Below are positions 37,901 through 50,298 of a stretch of 64,000 nucleotides of DNA, in pieces. Position numbers and translations under genes: made by a program. The stretch is from Epiperipatus broadwayi. Lineage: Eukaryota > Animalia > Onychophora. The stretch covers positions 4,650,001-4,714,000 of the forward strand of contig JAQFVV010000002.1 in NCBI GenBank assembly GCA_028023455.1, read 5' to 3'. Under the pieces are notes generated by a model, which saw only the letters and a program-made list of their open reading frames with translations, searched no databases and had not been told where the DNA came from. Each line of letters starts with the position of its first letter. Positions within the stretch are counted from its first letter, which is position 1.

Positions 37901-37990
37901 GCATTGGTGGCCAAGTGGTTAGCACAGCTGCCTTACAAGCAGTTCTCCCAGTTTTGCTTTTCTGCCTATGCTTTGACACATGAAAAAAAA
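37901..37990 (+). mobile_element. tRNA-Gly-derived short SINE, copy B
   Basis: GCATTGGTGGCCAAGTGGTTAGCACAGCTGCCTTACAAGCAGTTCTCCCAG...GCCTATGCTTTGACACATG(A)n. TSD AAGAAAATAA at 37891-37900 and 37991-38000. Confidence 0.8.
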
Positions 37991-38784
37991 AAGAAAATAA
38001 TTATTTTACTATTTGTAGCTAAATATTTATTGAATTATGTAATATTTCTATTTTTAAAATAGTTGTTAAATATTTTCTGTAATTAAAGAAATATTAAAAG
38101 AATTGCAATTTCTGGCAAAAATATTATTTTTGTACATGAATATATATGTGTAGGTCCATCTAAATAATGAAAAGTTGACATTAATGTACAAAAGAGTTTA
38201 ATAAATTAGAGTTAAATTAGGACTTTGATTGACATTGCCAAAGTGATGATGCTCTAACCTCTGACATTGATATAAACCTATAAATAGGATTGCATTAAAT
38301 AAATCTATCTCTTACCTTTACCTAGATTTGCATCCTTAATCTTAATTTTGTGTATATATAAAATAGCCATATTAGATAGTCATTTTAAAATGGAAAGCTA
38401 GAACATTTTTTACAAAGGATTTCTCTTTAGGAAAAGGGCTCTACTTGGATTGTTCACATAAATAAACAACACCTGTAACAATTGAGGATTTGTTATTGCA
38501 TAACTCATTTATTAAAAGAAAAAAACAACTTAACACCTGATTTATTTTAAATAGAAAGTTATTCTGTCATCCTTTAAATTTATATGAAATAGAAGTGCCA
38601 AGGAAATTATTTGGTAAAATTTTGCATCATTTTAAAACTATACAAATTTAAAACATCACTAAATTCACCTTTATGGAAAACAAAGGACATTCAAAGAACT
38701 TTAATTATCAATTATTATTTTTATATGATTATTATTATTGTAACCGGACCACCATACAACCCTTTTATTACCTCGGTTGTAACA

Positions 38785-39460
38785 ATTTTCTGATGAGCAT
38801 GTTGCAGGAAGGAACTATTGATTGGCATTCCCCATTGCAGATGTTAACCCCTCCTACAACAATATTTCCTGCTCATCAGAGGATGTAGTATCATAGAGAC
38901 TGGAAGCATCTAGACATTTATATGTTTGGTTTTCCAAACAGCGCTACTAGAGTTCCATCTCACTACAAACTGACTTACTTAGGTCTAGTTATGCCAGTCA
39001 TAGCTCAGGAGGCATGAGATTCTCATGAACAAGTTCACTGAATGATGAGTGATGCAATAAAAACAAAATAGAATTGGACAACTGGATAACTAAATTTAAT
39101 TTTTAGTAACAATAATTTTATTTAATAACAATTAATTTGCAAGTTCTAATAAAGTTCATTCCTATCCATGTGATGACTCATTTTCATTTCATTTATGAAA
39201 AGGTGGGGAGCAGTTTAGTTAGTTACTTCACAGAGAAGAGTGCATTTATGTGCATAAGTTTCATTATTTTCTTTCCACAAAATCAATATTCAGGTAAGTA
39301 TTAAGCATTTGTAATTTTATATCAATATGCAGGTAAGCATTTAGAGTCCATATAGTATTTCATTAAATTTACCAAATCCAGTAATGTGATTTAAATTACT
39401 CCCACAAAATCAATATTCAGATAAGTATTAAGCATTTGTAATTTTATTTGTATATCTAAC
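38785..39460. repeat. unclassified repeat: ~400-bp head plus short tandem tail (sister of 58613-59890)
   Basis: 38785-39180 is colinear with 58613-58990. It is followed by two copies of CCACAAAATCAATATTCAG.TAAGTATTAAGCATTTGTAATTTTAT (about 39273 and 39402). Confidence 0.75.
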
Positions 39461-39706
39461 ATAAATATTGCTGTTTGGTCAGGCACAGATGTATGTTTCC
39501 AGATATAAGTTGATCAGTATTTTCATTTATACTTTATCAAGAATAAATGATTTTTATAATTTTAGTTTCATTCATAATTTCCCAGTAACACATATTTTCA
39601 TGCAGCTAAATTTATTCATGATTTTAATTTCATTTATAATTTATCAATAATAAATGTATTTTCATGTAGCTATATTTATTAATAATTCTTTTTTTTTATT
39701 TATAAT

Positions 39707-39837
39707 AAAGACGTTTTGTTTGACTTTTAAAAACACATATAATTTTAGTTTAAGAAAGACGTTTTGTTTATCTTTTAAAAACACATATAATTTTAGTTTA
39801 AGAAAGACGTTTTGTCTTGTTTTTACAAACGCACATA
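39707..39837. repeat. 48-bp tandem repeat, about 2.7 copies
   Basis: AAAGACGTTTTGT...AAAAACACATATAATTTTAGTTTAAG starting at 39707, 39755 and 39803. Confidence 0.9.
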
Positions 39838-42800
39838 GTATCAAATATTTTTATAAAATCATTACCTTCATTTATCCAGTTTGTCACTTCAAAAAGGGAC
39901 ATCACATTTCAGCTGAATGGCATTATCTTCTTTCTATGATGTCTATCCAGGCAAATCTTGGAAAATCATGGCTTAGAATGAAGAGGAAAAGCTGTTACGT
40001 TAGCCCTCCATTGTTATATTTTCCTTAATAATGTTTTCTTTTTCCATTATTAATAGTGGTTGTAAAGGTTATATTCCAAGGTGACGAAAGTCAGAGTTGA
40101 GTAACACTTAAATAAGAATTTTAACTTTTTAATTCTTCACTTTTCTTACTATCTTTTTCAAAAAAATCTTTCAAAAAAAAATCTTCTTTAAACATACACT
40201 TTAAAAATCTAATCTAGTCTGCTGTTTTTTAAGGTGGGAGGGTAACTAGCTCTTAGAATAAATACACATGTGAAACAGCATTCTTGTTTCATTATTAATA
40301 AGAAAAGTACAAAATCCTCATAATAGATTATATTATTGTCAGTTATACAGATTTTTAACAGAAAACAATCTTGGATCAGATGCTTATCATTTAAGGGTTT
40401 ATTTTTAAAATTAATATTTTATTGAGTATTGGTATGAATGATGTTTCTAAGATTATTATATTTAGAATTAGTATTTTTAGTAATATTAAATTATTATGTG
40501 TTTTATTGATCTTTGATTATTTTCTGATCTAGTGACATCGAGCCTTTTTATTTTATGTTATGTGACATACAGTGAAAGAAAATAAACTCATGACTTTATA
40601 TTTATTGTAACACCATGTATGCAGTGAATTCTTGTATTTGTAGTGACCCATCATGCAGTTGAGAAAAGCATCTGATGATTTATTTCATATTATTACTCAT
40701 AAAGTCATTATTATTTGTTTTGTTTAAGAAATATGTGCAGTAAACTATAAGTGTCTTATATTTTATTATCATACAATCCAGGAAAGTAAAGATGAATTTA
40801 TATTTATTGCCTATGAAGGCATTATTATAACATTCTTGTTTAAAGACCAATGATATTGTAATATAAATACAAAGATCAAATAAAACATATTTGATCAATA
40901 TATTTTGGAATAGTAATTGTAAAAACACATTTTGTTTTATCAGATCTTTTTAAATTTTGGTTTGTTTCAATGCTTATAAATGAAACATTTATACATGTTA
41001 GCTATAGTAAATATATTTAATGGAATATTATTAATATTTTTAAAATCTGAGAAAATATCCTGCTATTACTAATTTTAATTTATTATTATATTATTATCAA
41101 TATTTGTAAATAAACATCTTCATATTAATTTAAATTAATTTGATCCTCATGTTTTAATATTCGCATATCATCACATGATTTGTAATCGAGAGTCATCTAG
41201 AAATATTATATTTTATTTTATAATATAATTTTAAATTTTATATTTTGTTATAACTGAAATATTTAAGACGACCAAATTGAACAATGAAAGTGTAGTTTAT
41301 TAAAGTATTCTGATTTCTTATTACAGGATAGCTAGCTTAGAAAATACATATACATTATAAAGATAACATTAGTTTAATTAAGTTTCTCAATGCATAGAGA
41401 TCTTAAAGATTATGTAAATTTAATCATTATAGTTGATTATAGTTGGGTACAATAAAATTCCTTTTATACAGCTTTATTACTTAGAGAACTTATTTATTGT
41501 AGTTTCATAATAATTTAGAGTTATTGTAAAGTCAAAGACTTATTTTAATAGTATTTATTATTATTCTGAGAGTCTTGATATACATTTTCATACTATTATA
41601 GATATTTGGAGTATGTAAATATTTTGTTACCCTGATAAATTTATTTGTTATTGGTTACGCAAATGTTTTTTTTTTGTTGCAAGTCACTTAAGATATTAGT
41701 GGTTTTATACTATTTCATTATGTAGGTAAGAGGGTAGGTAAGTCATTTAGTAGATCGTAAGTAATTAGGTAGATCAGTAGATAAGTAGTTCTGTGGGCAG
41801 ATGTAAACGATGTCTTCAAATCATAATATAGTGTTTAATTTTCTTTAAATTGAATGCAATTACATTTTTTCAATATATATATTTTATCCCTATTATTTTT
41901 TTTTTGTTGCTTAATATATATACAACCAGTCATTTATTTTATACAACAAATATATATTAGCTTCTAGGCAGTTTTACCCTGAAAAATAAAAAGTAAGAAT
42001 TAGTTTAACTTGTGCTTCTGAATTTGTAAGATAAGAAATTTAAAACATTTTATAAAGATTGTAAAGTCTTCATTTAAAATGAAAGCAAATTGTTAATGCT
42101 ATTATATATATATTACGTATCCAGATAAATCATTTCATGTCAACAACAAAAAAACAGTGCAACTTCTTCAAAACAATAACTATTGAGTAATATATAATTT
42201 CATATAAAATTTAAAAAAACAATAACAAATAAACACATTTAAAGGTGATAACATAATGCAAAGTATTTAAGAATAAAATTAAGAATTTAAATTATATGTT
42301 CTTAAAACGAATATTTTTTACATCATACTAAATGCTGTTATTGTGTCTCATTCCAAATCATTTGTTTTTTAAGCACTACTATTATTTGTCTTAGTCTTTA
42401 AAAGCTCATACATAATTTATTTTTTAAAATCATCTCTATTTATCTTTTTTTAAGCTTTGTTTTATATTTTTATTTACTCACTTTTCACAAACATTTAAAG
42501 ATGTCATTTACAATATTCTTTAATTATATGACTAATTTAGCTCTGAGTTTTTTTTTCTCAAAAAAGTGGACTTCATTAAAGCTATTATGTTTAATATTAG
42601 TTTTAATACTATTGAGTATTTGGCAATCTTACCCAAGGAAAGATGAGGATAATAAATAAGAAAATAAAAATAATAGAAAGGGAAAAATGAATCTGAAAAT
42701 TTCAAAATAAAAAATGGGTAATGTCCTACTATTGCTGCTATATTAAAAATGAAACTGACTGATTGGGTGTTGTAATCCATGGACCTTGACCTCCTCAACT

Positions 42801-43057
42801 CCATTTTCACAGCACTGACCCAACCAAGGCAATGTAAAGGCTGAGTCTTTCAAGTCAGTTAAAATGTAATATCAATTAATGACTGGATTAAATTATTTTA
42901 TTAATTAGAAATAAGATCATTAGCATTGGCAGCCACTCATAAAGAGATTTAACCATTCTATGAACCATATATTCATCTTCACATTACATTAATAGATTGC
43001 AATGCTAGTTTTTTTATGTTTTACAGCAAATATTTTTCCTGAAAAAATCTTTAAAGC

Positions 43058-43148
43058 TGTCAAGCGTTGGTGGCTGAGTGGTTATCACACCTGCCTTGCA
43101 AGCAGTTGTCCCAGGTTTCACTTCTCTGCCAATGCTTTGATGTATAAA
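43058..43148 (+). mobile_element. tRNA-Gly-derived short SINE, copy C
   Basis: TGTCAA-GCGTTGGTGGCTGAGTGGTTATCACACCTGCCTTGCAAGCAGTTGTCCCAGGTTTCACTTCTCTGCCAATGC-TTTGATGTAT(A)n. 16-bp TSD AAAAAATCTTTAAAGC at 43042-43057 and 43149-43164. Confidence 0.85.
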
Positions 43149-44918
43149 AAAAAATCTTTAAAGCATTGCCTAAATGTAGTTCATTAACTATTACATCTAC
43201 ATACTTGATTTTCTTGATGAAAGCAATTATTTAATCTATCTTTGATGTAATGTTTATGGTATATATGAGCTTTGCCTTTTAAGTAAAAACTATTGTTAAA
43301 ATAATCATAAAATAACTTTTTAAGAAATCAATCATTTTTAATTTTCATTATGTGTGTAAATTATTAAGTTGTTCTTCTATAACTATAGTGATCATATTAA
43401 AAGGGTATTCCATAGTAACCACACTTTAAAAACATTTTTCAAGTATCTCTAGCTATGTTCGTAGAAAGTTCATGTCTTATTTTTTCAGAAATTTTTTTAG
43501 CACCCAGATAATGTTCATAATTTTAAAATTAGAAAGAACCATTCCAACCTACTAAGGTGGATATGTCCAAATTTAAATGAGTCTAAAGAATTAAATTATC
43601 ATTTAATGTAGTCATATGAATTATTGTAATATTATTCAATAAAAGTCTTTCATTTTAAAATTGTATTATTACTTTATAGCTATTTCTGTAAGCTTGAACA
43701 ATCATTGGATATCAGATAGTATAGTTGTATAAAATCCACATCTCCAGATCACTTTTCTTGTTTTTGCCTCCATCAGTTGAAGATAAGAAATTTAAAGCTA
43801 GTATAAATGGATTTATGCATTTGGCAATATCTTTTTCTATCTAATATTCTGAATGTAAAAAAAAAAAACTCTAAGGGCTAAATCAAAATTATCTACTTTT
43901 GCAAGCATAAGTGGAATGTCTGATTTATTGATATTATACTATTTGTTCTGCTGTTATTTATATATTTGATGTGCCAAAATTACAAAGGATTCCAATTAAA
44001 AAAAGTATATTATCTTTATAGTTTAATCATTCTTAAGTCTTCTTATCAATTGTTTAATGTTTTCTTTAAAATTTTATATCACTTACAGCTGTGATATCTA
44101 ATTCTGATATCAAATATTTAATAAAACATGTCTGAAAATAAACATCAAATCTTCTATGAATATGTTTGTGAGTAGTATGTATTTCAATGTTATGATTTTA
44201 AGCTTAGTGCATGCTAGTATATGATCTGTACAATAGTTTTTATTTATAATTGCTTGTAATATTATCATTGTTTACTTAATAAAACCTAGTAGAGTACAGA
44301 TTTTTATGGTGGATACATCAAAAGTTCTATTATAAGCATTTTAGTGGGTTACATAAAAATTCAATAACTAAACATGTTTACAGAATCAATAATACTATTA
44401 TTTCAGTAAAACACTTGCATGTAAAGTCTTTATAAAACTAAATTTATTCTTTGATTGATATTATGTAATGGTGGTGAAAGCCTTTTTACCAGAGCATCGT
44501 GAAAACAAGATTACATTCAGATTTTCTGTTTAATTTAATTAAAGGATAAATATGATTACACAAACTCATAATAAAATTGTTAATTTTAATGTAGAACTAT
44601 GTACCACAAAACTTTATGATGATTAAGTTCTTTACTCACCTAAGTGACTAATGAAAGTATGAAGAGAAGACAGAAATATTTTTTTATCAACAACAATAGA
44701 TAGCTTTTGATCACATCCAACAAGATGAAGGGATATACTTTTACTTACACTATAGATATTGCTTATATTTTACCAATTAAACATCTTCAAGATGAAAGGT
44801 ATATAATGCTTATAGAAAGAATATCTAATATTGAAAATATGTATTATAAAAATAATATAATATAAAACTATACTATAAATATTCTGCAAATAGAAAACAA
44901 TCTGCGATAAGAAACTAT

Positions 44919-45086
44919 AATATTAATAAGCCAATAAGCTAATGCACATGTGCTTTGTAGATTTAACTACCTAAATGAATACTCCCACTTTCCAAACACA
45001 AGATAAAGTTAAATCTACAAAGTGCCTGTGCGTTAGCTTATTGGCTTATAAAAACACTGCGCTATATAAAATAAATGTCTTGTTTA
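44919..45086 (+). mobile_element. 168-bp insertion with internal 43-bp inverted repeat and 13-bp TSD
   Basis: GATAAGAAACTAT at 44906-44918 and 45087-45099. Arms 44926-44968 and 45007-45049 have 4 mismatches. The 3' end contains GCGCTATATAAAATAAA. Confidence 0.7.
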
Positions 45087-48000
45087 GATAAGAAACTATC
45101 TAAAAAATGAAATAATATTTCTATTTTATTTCATTCCTCCACTATCAAAACATGTTAAAGTTTCTATTAACATTTATGATGCAGAATTTTATTCTAAAAA
45201 TAATATGGTGATTACTTATTAAATTACATAAAAAAAACAAATCTAATTTGTTATAAAGAAAGTGTTTTTGTAGAACATTATGTTATAGATCTGCAGAGAA
45301 CCTGAAACTCGTAAGTCTTTTATTTTTTAATGTTATAATAGATTTATACTTTATCTTCAAAGCACATAATGAATAAGTAGATTCAATGATTATGTTTATA
45401 AAAGAGATTCTCTCCATATTTATATTAGATAAAATTGCATCACTATCAATTGTTCTACATGTAAGTACTTTAATTGGATGCATTTTAATAGAATTTGCTA
45501 TAAATGTTTTGTGGTAATGTAAACAGAAATAATGTTAGTATAGATTTATTTTATATTTCTAATACAAAATGATAGATTTAGTGCTAAATATCTGTTGTTT
45601 AAAAGTGTTAATGTAAATAAAATTCATTTTAAGTCAAAGAATATTATTGTAAAAAATGTTGCTGCACTTGAAACTAAATTTATTAAAACATCCTTGAATT
45701 ACTGCAGGGCTATATTTTTAAAGATGCACCCAATTTTATAGGTAATTCAAAGTATCACAAATTTTTTGACTGATCAATTTTGTCTGATTTCTTTGGATAA
45801 TGCTAGTTCTAATCATGACTTAATGCATGATGAATTTAATTTAAACATTGCTCATTTGTTAATTAGATTATGATCTTCTTTCTTGTTTTTAAAATATCTA
45901 TACAATTTCATAAAACCTTTATTTAAAGGACAGTCCACTTATGTGCTTTCATAAAACAGGTAAATTAATTCTTGTGATGATTAATGTTGGGAAGTAAATA
46001 CAAAAGGAAAATATAATGAGGTTATATAATTCATAATTGTTTTATTTTAAATTCACTTATAATAAATCATCTCAAATTAAACATTCTCTGTAAGTTAACC
46101 ACCTGTACCTTCACAAATTTAAGGATATTAAATAAGAAGTTGCATATTAATTGATTCATCAGAATTACTTCTAAGAATTTAAATTATTTATGTATATGCC
46201 TTCTATTTCAAGGCTAATAATCCAGAGTTAATTAATGCTTTCAAGATTTACCTATTGTGAAACTTGATTTTTGATTGTTTGGGTGCTTTTAAATACTTAT
46301 TTGATTTTAGACCAGTATTAATTAAATGTAGTCCAAATTATTTGCAATGTCTTCTTCACAATTTTTTTGCTTGCCTTTAGGTTTTTATATTATAAACAGC
46401 ACTTCATCATTGATTAATTTAGTTTAATACCATTTTTGATCAACTTCTATCATAACTGTTCACAGACTATTTCAATGCCATATTAGCTATTTAGTACTCT
46501 TAAAATGCTATCTCATTATTTTTAAATAGTATCTTTTACATACTGTTGAGTTTTTTAAAAACTATTTTCTATTTTATATGAGAAGAATGACATATAATCA
46601 AGAAAGATAAACAAAGCATTAAGTATTTCAAATTTGTTGGATATCCTCATAACATACCAAAGAAGTTTAGATATATAGTAATTTATATTTAAAAAATGAA
46701 AGCATGATATATGAAATATTTCATTAATAAAAAATATTATGCTCAAGAATAATCCTTAACTTGAAGAAATTTTATAAACTGACAAAAAACTAATCGCAAA
46801 TTTATTCATTCTACATTAAAATAAGAAAAAGCTGATATTATCTATATTTTTTTACATATTTCCATGATAATTCCTTGCTTTAAAGATGATTTTTAAAGAG
46901 TATTTAAAAGTCTAAAATTACTGAATCCATAATATATAAAGAGATAAAGGAGAATATACAAACATTGCCATTTTGTATTGAAATAGCATTAAATATTTTT
47001 TCTGTTTTTTCCAAAAATGTTTGACGTATATGTATCCTTCCCTCTTGTTTGATTATAATTTAATGCATAATAATTGACCATATGTTTCATGAGTAAATAT
47101 ATTATTTTTTGAATAGAATTGAACAATATATTTTTTGATAATATAAAATACACAATTGTAAAAAATCTAAGGCTTAAAATTTTATAAGAATTTATTATAA
47201 TAATGTTTAACCTATTTCTTTACATAACATTTTATATCATCATTATCATCATCAGCATTTTATTAAAGGTCATATAGTTTATAATAATTCTCTTATGTTA
47301 ACACAAGCAATTACTTATACTATCAAATTTTATTGATTATTTTAAAGTTTAATTTTAATCTGGGACTAATATAGTGGTCTGCATCCGTTTGTCAAAAATC
47401 TTTATTTATATTGAAATGATATAATCACTTCACATGATTATAATCACCCATTATCTCAAAACAGTCAGATAAGAAGGTGTAACACAAGGATAGGTCATCC
47501 ATTGTTTAGAGACAAGTTAGAAAAAACAATGGAAGAATTAAAGCCATTTGAATATAATAATATATATATATTGATAAAGAAACAACTCTGAATACTAACA
47601 TATAGGTAGGTATTACATATATGTGCATATGCATGTATGTGTGAATAACATTTTCTATTTATTTTTGCATTAATAATAAAACAAATATTACATTTTTAAT
47701 AATTAAATATAAAATTACCTTACACAACATTAAAATTATCTTATATAAATCTTGAATATTAATCATACATTATTATTATTACATTTTTAATAATTAAACT
47801 TAAAATTTTTTTACACGATATTAAAATTACTTTATATAATATTTTAACGAATTCTTACAATATATAATATATTATTAATATTTAGGCATTTATTTTTATA
47901 TAGCGCTATGTATTAATATTTAATGTATTAATATTTAAATGTATAAAACACTTCACAAAAGTTTTATTAATTTCTAAATACACATGAATGTGTTAGGAAT

Positions 48001-49370
48001 GATATTATTTTTAAAAAATAATAATAATAAGCAGCTCTGAACTGTATTTTATTGTCTGCAGCATTCTAAAAAATCCTATAAGGAAATTCTATATTTAGTA
48101 ACATTTTGAAATTGTTGCAGCTAAATCTTAAGTTGTTACAAATGTCCGTCATGAAATTAGCTTTTTTACCAATGCTAAAATCTATGGCAGACTAAATTAA
48201 TAAGATCCTTCTTAACTATAGGAACTAACTTTATATTCAAAGTCTTAAAAAATGTCTTAAGAAGAAATATCATAGACTGCCCCATTCTCTACGGCAACTT
48301 AATATATACACAAAGGATTACATTTAATAGAGATTATCACCATTAAATACCATACATAAAATTCAAGAATCAAAAATAAAATAATAAAGGATCTACTATC
48401 AATAGATGGGATACATGTATTAGAGCTCTGAAATCAATAACTGAAGGGTACTGTATATCAATGACTATGACTTAGTTTAATTCAAATTAAATTTAACATC
48501 TATCAAAATCTCAGTTCAATGTCTAAGCTATTTGCAAACTGTAATATCAATTGTTAAATTACAGATAAACTTTTAATACAGACAATATTTATTATATATC
48601 AGTTATTGTTATTTTTCAATGTTTTATATGTGATGTATATTTTTTAGTAAATAAGTTAATAATTAATCTTTTAAATATTTAAAATTTAAATAATATTTTA
48701 GTTTTATCTTAAGATAATGAAAAGCTTCATTTCAGTTTAATTATAATCATACTCTTAAAAGAATAAACTGTTTACTCTTCAAATTAATGAAATTATCAAA
48801 ACTCAAATTAAAAACACATATAATTCTACCTTGAACAGAGTGAAATTGAATGATTAAATGTTAATTTTTTTCTATACCTTTTTGGAATTTTATTATAAAA
48901 TAATAATGCCTCTTTAGTAATTCAAATATGTGTTTTTATCTGTTGTTTATTTATAGAGATGTCAAGACTGAGATGTGTGTATATTTAATATTATTTTATA
49001 TATGATCACTATTATGTTAAGTAAATAAAAGTTTTGAATAAGTATTCTGCCAATAAGAGTAATTTATATTGTTTTGTCTAAAGTATATAAACTACAGATG
49101 GGATCTTCCTGCTTGTAATATTGTAGACTTTGACCATCACTGGTCAAATCAAATATTCCCAGCTTCTTAAAATATATAAGTTTATAATTGGGGAATTTAA
49201 GCTAAAAAATAAATTGAAATTAATAGTCATAAAATCTCAATTGATTTTATATATTTGTTTACATAACTTCAATTTATACAATAAGCATAAAATACTAATA
49301 TATATTAAAAGAATTGACAGTTTGTGTATTTTTAATATGCTAAATTATAAATTAAATATAAGATAGAAAT

Positions 49371-49551
49371 ATAATAATTAATCTAAATAAGATTGAAACA
49401 AACAACCATTTATATTTACAATTGTTTAATTTTCAATCCCGCTTTCATCTCTAATTGAGACCTTTTCTAAGAGATGAAAACCAGGTTGATATTTAAATAA
49501 ATGTAAATATAATTAGTTGTTTGTTTCAATCTTATTTAGATTGATTATTAT
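49371..49551. repeat. ~180-nt fold-back (MITE-like hairpin)
   Basis: Outer arms 49371-49420 and 49502-49551 have about 3 mismatches. Inner imperfect pairing ends in TTTCATCTCT/AGAGATGAAA around a 17-nt loop. Confidence 0.85.
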
Positions 49552-49830
49552 ATGAAGTATATGTATATAACAACTTTGTGGAAAAATAATTATTATATTG
49601 AATATTTAACTATTGTATATATAAAATTGAAATTATATAGTTTATAAACCTAAATAATGATTTAATTGAAAGTACAATCTGTCTTTAAGAAGAAAAAAAA
49701 AAAACTGAAAAAAACAACAACAGCTAATTAAGTTATAAACAATGAGCATTGACAATTGCTCAATAAGCTTTGTGATAAATGCTTAGCCAGAGAAAGCATT
49801 TAAAATGTCTGTCAGGAAACCCCTCCCCCC

Positions 49831-49871
49831 AACCTGACCATGATTTCATGCTTTGGCACTCCTCAGAGAGG
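49831..49871 (-). ncRNA. hammerhead ribozyme motif (weakened helices I and III)
   Basis: CCTCT-CTGAGGA-GTGC-CAAA-GCAT-GAAA-T-CATG-GTC-AGGTT. Confidence 0.65.
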
Positions 49872-50257
49872 TGCTAGGGCAGCTTTAGACACTAGATTTA
49901 AAAATACCAACCCAAAGTCAGCATTTATTTAAAAGTTATCCATTGAGTGAAAATCTGAAATTTTCAGACACCTACATGTCTTCAAACCCAGCTATCCAAT
50001 TCAAATAGCTATATGGGGCTGAGATATCTTCAGCCATACCATATATTAGTAGACTTAGCAATATGACAATGCATAAGACTTAAACCAGAGACTATAAATA
50101 GTCAAATAAAAAAATAGTCATAGATCGCATGACCCAATTCTCTTAAGCTTGTAAGATATAAACAATGAGCATTGTCAATTGCTCAACAAGCTTTGTGATA
50201 AATGCTTAGCCAGAAAAAGCATTTAAAATATCTCTGTCAGGAATCCCCCCTCCCAAA

Positions 50258-50298
50258 TCTCTGACCATGGTTTCATGCTTTGGCACTCCTCAGAGAGG
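50258..50298 (-). ncRNA. minimal type I hammerhead ribozyme, canonical core
   Basis: CCTCT-CTGAGGA-GTGC-CAAA-GCAT-GAAA-C-CATG-GTC-AGAGA. Palindromic helix III ACCATGGT, GUC site, 4-bp helix I. Confidence 0.82.

Noticed and set aside
38786-38885. Hammerhead or C/D snoRNA from the CTGATGA motifs in the 38.8/58.6-kb family
   Set aside because: No helix II or NUH geometry, and no terminal CTGA D box. The two motifs are simply an inverted repeat.
37901-43140. Functional tRNA-Val(TAC) or tRNA-Ala(TGC) genes
   Set aside because: T-loop/B-box is degraded (GTTTTGC, GTTTCAC), stems are mismatched, and A-tails with TSDs mark these as retroposed copies.
45650-48400. Faint LINE RT and 3'-end motifs (YK.LG-like near 45730 minus; IIDCPIL near 48270 plus)
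   Set aside because: Only isolated short motifs, too degraded to support by eye.
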